Part shown: positions 24,585 through 38,242 of the stretch, piece by piece
Position numbering within the stretch: position 1 is the first letter of the stretch
Layout of the letters: each line of letters begins with the position of its first letter
Source: Massalongia carnosa
Taxonomy: Eukaryota
Length of the DNA stretch: 64,000 nt
Assembly: GCA_965645245.1 (NCBI GenBank)
Contig: OZ287074.1
Location: forward strand, 930,001 to 994,000
Reading direction: 5' to 3'
Position numbers and translations under genes: made by a program
The notes under the pieces: model-generated
Database searches by the model: none
What the model saw: the letters and a program-made list of their open reading frames with translations, nothing else
Told to the model about the DNA's origin: nothing

Positions 24585-25854
24585 ATGACAATCTTATCCC
24601 CAGCCACCGCTCTTCCCGCCAGCACTTCTCCCTCGCTCGTGCTGGCGCATCCCACAACCGCCGAAAAGCTCGCGATATGGCGCCTCAACGGAGAAAGTTG
24701 GCGAGGAGCCCTCTCGCTCGATGCGTATCTCCGCCGTGAAGAGACGCTTGGTAACCAAGCCCTCACGCGTGATGGAGGAATAACCTTTTGGGTCCTGGTG
24801 GACACCTCCGTACCCGGCTCTGCCCCCCGAAAGATACTCGCGAGCTGCGAAACTTTCAAAAAGAGGGCCTTGGTGGTGTGGGGAAGTAACAAGGCCGAGG
24901 AGGTAGTGAGCCACGGAATAGGAAGCGTGTTTTGCGACCCACTGCTGCGAGGACAAGGGTACGCGGGAAGAATGATGAGGGAGCTGGGAGAAAAACTGAA
25001 TACGTGGCAGCAGAAAGATGAAAGGCGGGCTCCTTTTACGGTACTGTTTTCTGATATAGGAAAGGTAGGACGTCGGAGGGTCTATAGAAAGGTCGTGGTC
25101 CTTAACTCTCGAATAGAAGTTCTACGCGAAAGCAGGTTGGCAGGCGTACGCTTCGAGTCATCTTGCACTCCCACAAATCGCCGTTGACAAGCCATGGTCT
25201 CGACCTGATCACCTTCCAATGGCGCGGCTTCTTCATAAGAAGGATCTTGTAGAGCTGTGCAACACGGATGAGGCTTTGTTGCGATCGAACATGGAAAAAC
25301 AATCATCGAAGCTGCATAATGTTCAGGTAGCATTTATCCCAGACCTAGAGACATATCAGTGGCATCATGCACGAGAAGAGTTTGTCGCAAACGAACTGCT
25401 GGGTAGAGTGCCCCAAGTCAAAGGCGCAATAGTAGGATCAAAGGAAGGTAGCCGAGTATGGGGGATTTGGACTCGAACTTTTGGTGACACCCCAGGAAAG
25501 AATACTATGCACATCCTGCGCCTGGTAATTGAAGGTGAGCTAGGCTCACGCAGCCAAATCCGAGGATCGCAAAATAAACTTGCAGATCTGGAGCATTCCA
25601 GCAAAGAGCACGTCCTTGCTGCAGCCTCTGTTTTGCTCGCAGCCCAACACGAAGCAGCGCATTGGACTATGCGGGATGTTCAGTTATGGAACCCGACACC
25701 ATTGTCTGTCCTTGCGGCACAGGAGGTTGAACCGTCGGCTCGGATAACAGAACGTGAATGCGAAAGCATTGCGAGTTTGAGGTGGCATGCTATTGAACCA
25801 ATGCTTGGGGCCGATGTGGAATGGGTTGCAAATGAGAAATTTGGTTGGTGTTGA
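24585..25854 (+). CDS. GNAT-family lysine acetyltransferase, Lyc1-like
   Basis: HGIGSVFCDPLLRGQGYAGRMM acetyl-CoA motif A. Intron 25065-25116 joins LFSDIGK to KFYAKAGW. Also WHHAREEF, SIASLRW and C-terminal WVANEKFGWC. Confidence 0.85.
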
Positions 25855-25905
25855 GAAAGCTTTCTATTTATCCATTTCAAGCCATATGCCCACAGATTAC
25901 TCGGA

Positions 25906-27113
25906 TTATCGCCTCGTGTTCTTGAATTTTTCATGCCACTTTCCATGTCGTTTGCCATTAGTATTTACTATGACAGAAGCAGCTGAGCCATTATCTGCAC
26001 TGATGCCAAACCCGATCCGTCCTTTCGAAGGGTGATGGTACTTACACTGGGGATAGAGTATGGTTAGAGAGCCAGTAGGAGAAACGACAAGGATTCAATA
26101 CCTTGAGCACACTGGCAGCTACATGCTTCCTCCATTCCTCCGGCACTTGATTTTTCCAATCACTGAGAAAGTCCAATTCTACAATGCTACCTTTGGGCGT
26201 TGACTCAGATTCTAGCAACACGCCTCCAATCCAGCCAACGCATGTTTCTTGATCCAGCGTTGTCCCTAGACCCATATTAGCCATGATGGTGTGTTAAAAT
26301 TCAACGTAAGTCCGCATACATCCACTTTTAAGGTCTTCAACATCCTTGCAAATCCTCCTTAAAATGGCATCGAGAAGAGCCTGGGGAAAACCATCCTCGC
26401 CAACTATATCAGAAATGTCAAGGATGTGAAATTTTTCTACAAGATTCACGTTCTGCACCGCCGCGGCTGATAAAATGGATTTCCAGACATGGCCAAGGGA
26501 TATGGCTGATGGTAACCACGCTTGACCGTCAAGTTCGAAGGCACAGAAGTCTAGCCAGGCCTTGTCAAATTCTCCCAAAGACAAAGGTGTGTTTTCAAGT
26601 GTCTGCTGCTTGCTAGTCTTCTCTAGAGTATTGGATTCCATCATTGGTTTACCCTCGTTCTCCAAACCAGTATGGGGATAGCTATAGATGGGAAGAATCT
26701 GCCTTAGAATTGCCCCTGTGGTGGAGGCAGGAATGAGTTCTAGAGTAGATGCACATTGCGCAATGGCTCTCACAGCTGTTTGGGTAAGTAACGATTCTCC
26801 AGAATTAGAACTGTTGCTGGGCGGTTGGATAAGGTAGACTGAATTCGAGGACTGAACTTGGCGAACGTTGTAGGTTTGACTATCTGTACATAGCACGACA
26901 TGGCTTTGGTTCGAATCCTTGGCATCCTGCATTCCTATGGTCGCAGACTTGATTGACAAACTCTCCTCTTGGTTAGCATAAGCTCATGAAGCATGCTTGA
27001 TTCAGATATTACCTGGGCGGATTCGCGGAAGTACACTGCTCAAGCAGTGCCAGAGGAAGTTCTAGTAGCCGGAAGTGTTCTAGATCATGGCAAATCTCAA
27101 GGGGAACATCCAT
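25906..27113 (-). CDS. DCC1: Sister chromatid cohesion protein Dcc1 (Ctf18-RFC subunit)
   Basis: Exon 1 HFRLLELPLALLE; VVLCTDSQTYNVRQVQSSNSVYLI; FLSDWKNQVPEEW; C-terminal KWHEKFKNTRR*. Three introns. Confidence 0.85.
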
Positions 27114-27662
27114 GATATTCTAAGAATAAACCGATATCTCTCAAAGATAATAGATAGGCAATAGCAAGCGTTTGTGATGAATTACGGTATGAAGGTCACT
27201 TACTACTGAGTACATACAGAGTAACATAGCAGGCTAACCACAATGGTTTCGTTGGATGCACGACGATAACGTTGGGTTAGTGGGGGAAACGCGACGTGCA
27301 GGGATAAACAATGACGCGCTTTTCGAGCAAGATCGACAGGCACGAAACTCACCATCCTTCCACCAAATCCCCTGGGTCTCGTAGACGGACATCTCGCCCA
27401 ATCGGTGGACTGGCGCATTGCTATCCAAAATATTCGCATCCTATCTATCCCATCAAGGTCAGAATAGAACCCACAAACAAGCAGGTGTTTTTAGAAATTA
27501 TCTCAATACCTCCACTGGTTGGGGCATCATGCATCCGTTTGTTATCTTGTGATGCACCTCTCATCTTCTTGACATGCGTTGGCCAATTAAGTTGTGCCGA
27601 AAACTAGGAAACGAGGCCCGAATAGACTCACAAACTTGAAACTCCAATTCTTCAGCGTCAAT

Positions 27663-30600
27663 ATGGTAGCCTTTTCTGCACCTCCGCCGCCTCTGTCAAG
27701 TGAGGTCGTCTCACTTTATTACACTAGAGATGCTCTCCTGGAAAATCTACCGGCACTGATATTTTATGGCGCTTCAACAACCGGCAATTCTACCCAAAAT
27801 GGCTCGCGAATCCAAGCGCATATCTATACCCTGGCGGGTTTTCAAAGCTTTCCTCGTTTAACCATATCACCAAGCTCACCTTTATACGCCGCAGTCTACC
27901 ATCTACCTGCCGACCAGCAGGGAGATCAGTTATGTCGTGGGTTGGCAGTAAGTCTGCTGAGTTATTTCGCAGGCATGTCAGAGGCACTAAAGGACTCTCT
28001 CAAAGAGATGGCTGCAAGTCGTCGGCCAAATCGAGTGGCCCCAGCAATGTTCGACGAGATGCATGCAGGAGATGTTGCTTCGAGGATGGTCAAAGTTGAA
28101 GATACAGGAGAGATGATCAGTTCTATCACCGGTGCCCTGAGGGCGCAATCAATTTCTTGGCTCGATGTGGATGTTGTGCTTCCGTCAGAATCAATCCGGC
28201 GAGTCATGGCCACTGAAGCATCAGACCATGCTCCATCTTTCGGTGAAGATGGCCTTCCCCTCTTCCACTACGGCGAGCATGACTCTTTGGTAAACCTGCT
28301 TGGATCACCAACTTTCCTCCCAACATCAAAACTCCGGCGGGCGCCATCAAAACCCACCGCACACTCGAAGAGTAGATCTCTACTCAAAGACCAGAAGATC
28401 GCATTGCGTCAGGAGATGTGCGAACTAGTCGACACAGAAGGGCGTTACCTGGGTAAACTAGACGAGTTGGTTAACTCCATGGCTCTGGGATTTCGCCAAG
28501 GTCTCGAGGGCTCAAGCATCATTGATAAATTGTTCCCGCAAAGCCTTTCTTCCATGCTTCAGGTAAACAAGGATTTCTATGACGATATTCAAGAGATCCT
28601 ACAACTCACGGAGAACGAAGCTATTAGCGATATCGAAGGTGCTGTAAGCGAGGCAGCTGCTATTGGCGGAAGGAAAAGAGATCCCACAGGTATAGCAGCC
28701 TTTGCAAAAACATTGCTGAGGTGGTTTCCGAAATTCACAGGCCCATATCAAGAGTTTATGCGTGCAAGTACCATCTTCCCAAGTATCTTACATAGCTCCC
28801 TTCAAGACACCTCATCAAACTTTTCAAGGCTTGCCACCCAGATTGGCGAACAGCGACTTAGATCCGCCCTTATCGAACCGGTCCAGCGATTGCCTCGGTA
28901 TAGCCTCTTCATCGACAACATGGTGAACCAACTTCCAGCATCCCATCCCGGATTAGCGAACCTTCTGAAGGCGCGGGACATCATCACCGATATTTGTGCT
29001 CTCGACACCAATAGTCTTGCACAAAGTAATCGGACTGTAAGCTTTCTTAAAACTGTCACCAGAAATTGGCCAGCTTCGTTCTCACCTCGGAGCCGGCTCA
29101 TCACTGCTGTGGACGTCCGTGAACTGGCTCCACCATACCAACCGTCTGGAGAAGGCCAAGCGAGTATGCTCCTGCTATTCTCTGAGGCTCTTCTGCTTCT
29201 CAAGAAAACTGATGAGGTTGCGCTGTCTGCAAGAGGCCTTATGACAGAAGTTGATGGCCCCAGCGTTTCAACCATGACAACGCCGTCTCTGAATTCTTGC
29301 GTAGAGAAGGGATTGATATGTGAAAGTGTAATGCCACTTGACAATCTTCAACTGACCGAGTCCGACGACAATAATATGATCTGGGTTACCTGCAGCGAGG
29401 ATGCATCATCGAAAACCGGCCAACATCAGAGCGTCGTCTTCCCACAGCCGATCACCAAGGTATTCTCATTAATAGGTGCTTACGAACGCAAATCGACTCG
29501 CCTTTGTGAGGAAGTAGCGAGAGCTAGGATGGAGGGGCGTTTCCCGGAATCAATGCGAGAAAATGACAAGTGGGCCCTGCGTACTATCAGCACCCCCTTT
29601 GAAAGTTTGTCTATATTAGCAGCAATATGGGAGGGCCCCTCTGCCGATGTTGACAGCATATCTCATGGTCTCAGCCGAACAAGAATCATAGTGGATAAGG
29701 AGGAGTCTTGTAAAGCTTTGCTTGCTAAAAACAAGGAACTAGACATTGTGGCTTCCATCACATCATTTGGCCATGATCATTACCATCTCCGTATAGAATG
29801 TGTCAATGGTGATTGTTCTGCTGATGATACGCTAAGTGACAGCTTGGCTGTTCTGCTTGTCCAAAGATGTATGCCTGTTGAACGAGCACGGTTGATCACG
29901 CTGATTTTCGAGTAGTGGCAGGCCTAATCCGACAGCAAGGCCAGAAGCTAAATGCGTCTCGAATATCGTTTCATCGCAACGTACTTCAGAATTTGCCCAT
30001 TCCAAAGCAGCTACAGGAGTCGCGGCTTCGCAACTTTCGTCCCATTTCCCCTGTGAAGATGCTTTCAAACTTTCTAGGGGGCGGCATAGGCATTCAACCT
30101 GGCAGTCCCACGAAAGCACGCGGCGATTTGCCCACGCTGCAAGGCTCAACCCCATTGCTAAGGCCCCTATCTATGCGTTTCAAGCCTGAAGATTTGCAGC
30201 CAACGGACGACAAGCCATCGAGTAATAAAGTAACGCTGGCAGAAGGACATGAAAGCAAATCCAGCGATACGCTTGCTCTTCTAGAGGACACATTCGCTGC
30301 TTACGTGGACGCCCTACGTTCAAGAAGTGGTAATGTAGTTGGTAAAGTGCTACGAACCCGAGCTGGAGCCGATGAGCTTGTGGTCAACGAACTCTATAAT
30401 ATCCTAGGTATGGCATCCTTATAATCACTAGGTGGGAACTCCTCTTGACACATGTGTAGTTGAAGATCCCTCCAGAATCCAAGCGGCAGCTGAAGTTTCT
30501 GTCGACATTCTGTTTGCCGCTTTTGAAAAGTTCTTGAAGATTGTTTGGAGGGAACGCATGGGTCCACTACTTGCAGCAAATGTCATCAAGAGCATGCAGT

Positions 30601-32622
30601 CCAAATTTGGTACCTCGTCCTTACGTGTACTGTGGTACAGCATATGCTGAACTCATACAGATTCAGGAAAGCCCGGGGAATTTGCTCATCACTTCAAGCA
30701 ACGTTTGGAGGAGATGACACCACAGAATAAGAGAGCGTTTACTTGCACCATCAGACTTTTGTCGGAGTACATCTTCTATTTCTAGGTGGTTGTGATCATG
30801 GCTAAGTATAATCTAGTTTGCTAGATGCCTCTGGAAACGATGGTGACCGAGGCGTTTTGATCGCAAGCTTTGCCGAAGCCCTTGTACTTGATGGCAATCC
30901 ACACGACTATATCACTCTACTGGATCGCTTGGTAGATGATTACGAAAATCTTTTTGAAGGTACTAATATTCTATTTCCCATCAAATTAATGCGTTAAACA
31001 AACCCATCTAGAAGCTGCACCATTTTCTGCGCTCGACGAAGGCAAATCTTCCGGATCTGCCTCCAATTCTCTTAAACGAAATCGGTCCTTTAATACCGGC
31101 TCTCTAAGCTCCAATGCTTCGTCTCTTCGGAAGAAGTTTGGCTTTGGCACACTCAAGGCTGAAAACGAGTCGAAAGTTGCTTCGGTATGGCGTACGCTGA
31201 GCAAAAATTCAAAGAATACAAGTGATTCTCACCTACAACCATCAAGCCTCTCCAAGGCATCTTTGGTCAGGTCAAGATCAACTGATATTGACAATCGCAC
31301 GCTCCCCCCTTCACGGCCCGTCTCGCGAGACCTACCTCCTCTACCTGGTGCCTCAACCCTTGAGGAGTTGCATTCTCGTCCTGGAAGCTCCCATCTTAGT
31401 TTCTCCACTCTAACTACCATTGGTGAAGGGATGGCAGCCAAGCCTACAATGTTGAGAAAAAAGCGACGAAGTTCGTTATCAGATCTCAAACCCGCTAATG
31501 AATCGAGATTACTCTTGTCGTGGTCGCCATCTCAGCCACGCCAGGTACACGCCTCGCAGCAGCACCATGAACAGACGAAAACTTTACTGAGAACTCCATC
31601 TCCAACCAAACTGGTTTTCAGCCCACTGGAAGTTAAGCAGTTGCCACAATCTGCAGCACCACCGCAACGATCCGGACTACCGCAAAGATTTGGGTCGCCA
31701 CAACGCCTCGGATCTCCACAACGACTCGGCTCTCCCGAACGCCTTGGATCACCAGAGCGGTTTGGATCTCCACGACGAAAGGAGAATTCGCCAACAATGA
31801 CGCGAACCATCCAAGCGAAAAAAGCAACGTCCAAACATGGATCCGATGAAGCTAGAGCCACCATCACTAATCCCAAAAAGCGCACTGACCCCCAATCCGG
31901 GATCCCTACACCCAAAGCGGGTCTCAGTGAGCGAGCATGGCCTCCAAATGGCACCACTCCTCCGAAGAAACTTCCTCAACCATCCCAAAAGCTACGCATG
32001 CAAAGCCCACAAAAGGTAGTGATAGCCTATCATGCTACTTATCCTCCGATACTTCCCCTGGATTCTTGTTAACGTATCGCAGCTCCGCGAACGGCTTAGC
32101 AACGACCAGAAAGCCATCAGCACCGCGGAAACCAGCCTGCAAGCAGAACTCGCCCAAATCGGTGAGGAGCTTTCAGCGTTCAAACTCCCACGGTCCCCCA
32201 CCAAATTCTCCCCCGCCACAAAACCTCCCTTCTCAACAGTCGCCACAGACACGACTTCACCCCCCAACCCAGCCCTCTCCACCATCACTGCCACCGTGGC
32301 CAGCCTCTCTGCAACCGTGACCGCCACCCTCGCCGCCCTAACCGTCCAATCCGCCACCCTCGCCAAGGACGTCGAGACTTCCCTTGTGGTCACGGAGCGC
32401 AGAGCCCGCCAGCTGGACGACCTGCGCCGCGAGGCCAACGCCGAGAACGAGGCGCTGTACGACCGCTTCAACGAGGAGCTAGGACGGGTCCTGCTGCGGG
32501 TCCGGGCGGGCGACGGCGTCGAGGAGTTGCGGGCCCAGCTGAAGGAGGCGTGGGCGGAGGCGGGGCGGCTGAGGGCGGAGAATCGCCGGTTGAGGAGGGA
32601 GGCGGTGGGGGGGAGGGGGTAA
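27663..32622 (+). CDS. Rho guanine nucleotide exchange factor (DH-PH), Gef2-like, with a C-terminal coiled coil
   Basis: DH motifs ELVDTEGRYLGKL and SALIEPVQRLPRYSL; multi-exon middle; Ser/Pro-rich region; terminal coil ARQLDDLRREANAENEALYDRFNEEL. The Gef2 assignment is from memory of the family and is unverified. Confidence 0.8.
31662..31781 (+). repeat. Coding 18-bp tandem repeat, (P-Q/E-R-x-G-S)x6
   Basis: PQRSGL PQRFGS PQRLGS PQRLGS PERLGS PERFGS PRR in ORF 31263-32072; units differ at synonymous sites. Confidence 0.9.
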
Positions 32623-33210
32623 TGAAGGACGGATAGATTTGGTTTTTTTGTTGTGGGAATGTGGGGTCGGCTTGGGGGGTTAGGTAATTGTTTAATTGGT
32701 TGGTTGGTTGGCTGGGGGCGTTTTGGGGGGGGGGGGATCGAAAAGCGCGGCAAGTACTTACTTACTCACACACTTATCATACATACATGTTACATGTCCC
32801 GGGTTTGGTTCGGATTTATGTGGATAGAGGCGAACGAACGATAAACGAAAGAAAGTGTCTTTTTATTGACCCCTGGTTCCTTCTTTCGCGATTCTTTTCG
32901 GCCTCCTCTCTCTCTCCCTCCCCCCCTTTCTTTTTATGCAAGGCCATGAAGAAAGGATAGCAAGGAGATGTTTGAACTATCTCTATATTCCGTATTTCTA
33001 GTCTAGTTCCTTTCACCGTCTTTTTCCTTTTTCCGATGTTTCAGACTACATCACTAACGTCGTTCGATCGCGGTGATGAACCATCTGGAACGGAGCAGAT
33101 AATCTTTCTGCACCAACGCAAGATCGAAAGCCGCCCTCCAACCCCTTCCAGATGCTTTAACCCGCAACACGCGAAAATTTACCAATGGGCGCAGAACGCC
33201 GGCGGCATTC

Positions 33211-35358
33211 TCAACCCAAGTCCTCAGCCGCCACGTCCAGCGTCGTCCACGTCGACAACAGCTCGGCGAAGGCTGCGCTAAGGCTGCGCTATAGAGGGTG
33301 GGGGCGGGCAGCGCTCCGAGGGGGGCCGAGAACTGGCATGCACAACTCTGGGGCGGCATCATCGGGTACGGCGCCGGGAAGTGCGTCATCGTCCTCGCCC
33401 TCGTCTAGTGGCCTTGCACCGCCTAAGATGGCAGAATCATTACGTGTTGGCCCAGGCGACAGCGACATTCCCGGCATGTCCGACCAAAAATAATCCTTGC
33501 CCTCTAGCATGGCGCTGCGCTTCCAAGCGACAGAGAATTGAATAGGCTCTGTGGATTCGGGTTCCCCTGGATATTCATGACTCTCTAGGCTTTCAGATCG
33601 AATAGTTGGGTCTTCAAACCAATGAGTTCGCGTTCGAGGCGATTCGGCATAACTCGTTCTCTGGTAGAAGGACCTCTCACCTAGACCCGGACTAGGCTCA
33701 CCAAGATCCATACCCATCGGGTCTGTGGTCTTTTTTTGGGATTCTAGTGGCAAGGTAGCGGTCCCGCGCCGGATATTTCGGTTGATGATATCTGTGTCTC
33801 CTCCAGTGCCATAACGGGATCCTGACGACTAGAGAATTGGCTGGAAATCGTGACAGCTGTAATGCGCCGGGGTTTCATTATTGCTAATAGCGTTACAAAA
33901 ATTGCCGTCATAATAACAAGTGAAGGGGGAAAGCAGGATTCAGGGACGACGACGCTGGAAAACTTACCTGGCACCAAGGAATGACTAGCGATCGAAGTTA
34001 ACATCATGCTGATACTGCGAGTGTCGAGTTCAAGCAATGGCATGCATGCTTAAGGAAGACCCAGGATTGGCGTCGTAGGAAGCTGATGACGAAAGATGTC
34101 ATGAGGCAGGTGCAAAGTCGGGCTTATTGCATGATTGATCAGAGCGAGCCTTTGAATTCTAATGATTGAGGTATTAACGCTCGCGTCTTATCTTTGGAAT
34201 CATTGCCTGTAGATTGTCCTACCGGTGCACCGATTGAAAGATTAACCGACCTTTTTGGCTCCATGATCACCGAGCCGTCGTGACGCCACGATGAGAAATC
34301 TTCGACGATTCCTGAAACATAGCCTCTAGTGTCTGTATATGCTGAGCAATCGGTTCTTGTTGGCGGAGGGGCTTTGGTAGCATGAGACCCTCCTGAACCG
34401 GTTTCGAGGGACTTGGGTATCAGACTATAACGAGCTTCGTCGATCGAGTCCATGACGTTACCTAGGCATCTCTTCAACTTGACCTAGCTGGTGGGCACTA
34501 GTGTAGACAGCAGATGGATATCGGGCTTTTTGGGCTTGTCGTTGAGCGTTGATTCAACATGCAAGGGCTGCGCTTCTGGAGACCCAAACGGCACGTTGTC
34601 TGGAATGGGTGGCAAGCCATCTAGCGCTCCCACCCCGTTTGTTCCTAGATCAGCCCGGCGTAATGGTCGAATATGGGAGTGGATCCAATCAGCTGCACCC
34701 TGCTTTAGAAGCTGCTCTACCTCTGCTTCGGTATTGTGGTCGGGAGGCTTGACGCTCAGCGTCTCGAAATCGAGTATAGCTTCTTGGTTGGCAATGACCA
34801 AGCGCTCAATTTGCTGTCGTTTGTAACCACGATCTATTTCCGTACTCGATTGCCTGTAGAGGTGTCAAATACAGTCATTGGCCTTAATAAGTCTGCAAGC
34901 CTACTGCTGTACCTTTGCAGCGTACATGAAGACATCCAGCATCAAGATTAGGGTGCTCTCGAGCCTTTCCAAGTTACTTCGAAGATGCTCTATCTTTGGC
35001 CGAAAGAAGGCCATCTCAGTTTTTCAAGTGCGAAATTCCCTTTTTCATATTACATACCCGCTTTTAGCCTTCCTTATACCCTTCTGCAAAGTGCCTTCGA
35101 TGCTACTGAAAATATCCGAAAATTCCAAAACAATCTCTCGCGCAGTAGTGGTGGCGTTGTTGGTCGCAATTCCGAATTGCTCCAGACTGCTTCCAGGGTC
35201 GCTAAGGTCTGCCGAAGTCAACGAGATATCTTTGGCAATGCGCTTGATGCTCTCATCCGCCAAGGAAAAAAATTCTACAAACGCGTACAGAGCAATCGAC
35301 AACGTCAACTCGCTGCCAGCGATTTGAACCACGGAGACATCAACCCGATTTCCGCCAT
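33211..35358 (-). pseudogene. Fungal N-terminal (HeLo-like N) domain protein with a long disordered tail, disabled
   Basis: ATG at 35358 gives MAEIGL, then a frameshift into VSVVQIAGSELTLSIALYAF...ADESIKRIAKDISLTSA; further shifts lead to PKIEHLRSNLERLESTLILMLDV. Fragmented low-complexity ORFs follow, ending ELLSTWTTL...G*. Confidence 0.6.
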
Positions 35359-36161
35359 GTTTTCCAAAGTTCAATAAGCCGTGATGGCAGTCATCACTCT
35401 CCCGTGCGACATTTTCTTTAGTCTCGTCCTCAACCTCCTTTGAATGAGCGTTAAGAATAGAGCGAACGCAAAAATATATAATATATTACGACTGTAAATC
35501 GATGATCTAGAGAAAGCTGTACAAATCGACGAGTTTTCTTGAAGGAACGAAAGGCTTGACATCAGCAGGTGAGCAAAGAAACCGGGGTTGAATGATAGTA
35601 CTTTTCTGGAACGGGCATTCGAAGATGTCACCTGCCTGATGGCTGAGCCTCGTACTCAGCCTCGAGATCAACTGCATAATGCTGTTTTAGTTACTTTAAG
35701 AAGCGCGTCAACGCAATCATTGATCGCATGAACGAAGAGCTCCTAATACTAACTGGCAATAATAATGCAATGTATGTAATAGCCGACAAGGCTAAGACAA
35801 AATATAGCTTCATGAAGAGATTAAATATCATTATCCAGCACGCAAGAAACGCGCTGTGTGAACCCTTTGTAGAAGCTAAATATAGCGGAAAGAGGACAAA
35901 AGGACGGAACGCGAATTCAATGCAAATCGACCTGATTTCTCAGACTAAGAGCATAATTAAAACACGATCCGAGAGTACCCACACAATCTTCAGGCTTGAT
36001 GTCCAAAGAGCGAATTGAGGATGTACGCTACGCTGTGACATCAAGGCAATGAAATAAGATCGTCGCGGTTTAAACAGGGAAGTGAAGTATTTATGAGCCA
36101 AAATATCATTCGGGGAAAGCAGATGGGAAAAGTCTCCGAGATTACTGCCACGACCTGCCCT

Positions 36162-37297
36162 TTATTCCTCCACATCCAGAACATCTTTTCCCTCAAACGA
36201 GGGTTGCGCTCCTGGCAAAGCCGCGGTGCACTCCGTTAAGCTGTTTATGTTGTTCACACCCAACAAACTCAGACGTATATATGCTTTGGAGTAGTCCTAA
36301 GTCGACATCACATTAGTAGGAAGACACATCTCGGAAGGAGCCAAATCACCTCGTTCCAATGAGACTGGTCGTCGATGAAGGACAGCCACTCGCTCCTAAT
36401 GCGGGGATCATTCGATAGCGCGACGTCTGAAGGAAAGACAAACAGCTTTTTGCGAGGGGGTGATTGGATCGTCTCGTTGTAAAACCGCACGTCCCAAACG
36501 GCCGGTGTGGAGTCTTGCGAAGCGCCCACTCGAGTCAGATCTTGAGTGAACTGCTTCGAAGTCGAATGGGCGCCGACGAGTGCAGCCAGATCGTGCGGAA
36601 TAATGGTCTTGTCTTTGAAAAGGTCGATGAGAACCGGGGCGGGGGACTTCATGCTCGGCAACAAGCCGTCAGGTGCCGCCTGCGTGGCGTCTTTTCTTCC
36701 CACGAACGTCCGGACTCGTGGCCCCAGTGGACACGTAACCGTTGCGTGGGTGGAAGCGAACTGCACAAGGTCTGCGAAGCCTACGCCATGCTTGGCCTGA
36801 ACGCTACGTAGCAGCGCGATGATACCTTGTAGTCCATTATTCTCCGGTCTGGCGTTTTCGCCGAAATTCATCACTAGCGACCCATCGGCGCCGCCAAAAT
36901 CTTTGCCGGCTGCCTTGTTGCTTTTGGACCATGTTCCTGCGTCGTGAAATCCTGCCCGGACCGCTGCGCGAGCGTTATCGTTGCAACGGCCACCATGACC
37001 TTTGAAGTTCTTCGTCAATGTCTCCGAGACGGCGTACCAGATGCAGCATGGGTCTTTTTTGCAGGCGTCACCGCGTGGGGCCTCACCACCCTCTTGGCTT
37101 TGTCCAGATCCGGAACCGGTAATAATATCGGCAATGATTTGTCCAACTGGACTCAGCTTGCCCAGAACGAGGTCCCCGATCAGTTCCCTTTGCTCTGAGC
37201 CGTCGTTGGTCCCCGCAGCAGGAGCAGGAACGGCAAAAGCATTGGAGAGATCAAGGAGGATGGAGAACACCACGATATAAACCCTTGAGCCCTTCAT
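36162..37297 (-). CDS. Secreted class II heme peroxidase (generic peroxidase, AA2)
   Basis: Signal peptide MKGSRVYIVVFSILL; CCIW; distal RAGFHDA; GGADGS; CPLGPRVRTFVGRKDA; proximal LVGAHS; DSTP; FPSD. One intron, then DYSKAYIRLSLLGVNN...EE*. Confidence 0.9.
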
Positions 37298-38242
37298 TTG
37301 ATTGTTTCTCTGGCTTGACGATGAACAACGTTGGAGTGTGTTGGTGAGTTCAGGGAATTTCCCCAATTGCTAAGACCTTTGCCTGGTATTTAACCCATTT
37401 TCAAGATGCCAACGCTGCATCTGCCAGACGACCAAGGTCGGGGAAGGTGCCTCGCACAAAGCCGCATCTCGATGTCCAGTTTGAAAATTGTGAGCAACGC
37501 AGGCAGCAATGTGCTGAGGAATCATCGAATGGCTGAGACATGGGAATTATTTTGGGACTCCTTGTCTAGGCTTGCTATTTCTATTCTTGAGTTTGTCTTT
37601 TTGGGGCGAAATACCGAGTATCATGATACCCAAACATTGTGTGGCGTCGCCACATGGCTTTTCTTTGAACGAATGACGCCTAGAACATGCTTGGAAAACT
37701 GAAGCCAGACTCCTGAAAATACCCGAAAGTAGATGCACCCAAGGGCCGTTGCATGAAGCAACGTATTTAGCCATTCTGAATACGGGGGGGGGTGTCGGAA
37801 CCGTAGAACGCCCAGAGTACGCCCAGTCATATCTCCTAAACGAAAATTTCTTCTTGGCTTTGGGGTTTGAGAGGCCGGCGCTTGGGGGAAGGGGGCTGGG
37901 CGTTGCGTTGGCATCCATACCCAAGGCTTCAAGCTGCCATTAGGCTTTGCCAAGAAATTGACGGGATGTTGAATAGTTAGTTAGGTGCTGACGTGGTGGA
38001 GATGATAGGAAAGAAATTTTCTGATTTGAGCTTTGATGTTTTGCTGGGGGTATCAGGTGCCGAGTACGTAAAAAGGTTCTCTCTACGCGATCACATGGTC
38101 AGGCGTAAAGTTAACGCGAGAACACTCTTCCGAACGAAACGCCACGCCTATTGGAGACGAGTTGTACTCGGTACAGAGTAACCTACCTACCTTGCCTTAT
38201 CGTTGTGATGAAGGCACGATCAGTGGCATGGGTGTGGCATGG

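Noticed and set aside
36162..37297. Ligninolytic MnP/LiP/VP call for the peroxidase
   Set aside because: The Mn-binding acidic residues are incomplete and the catalytic Trp position is Ala.
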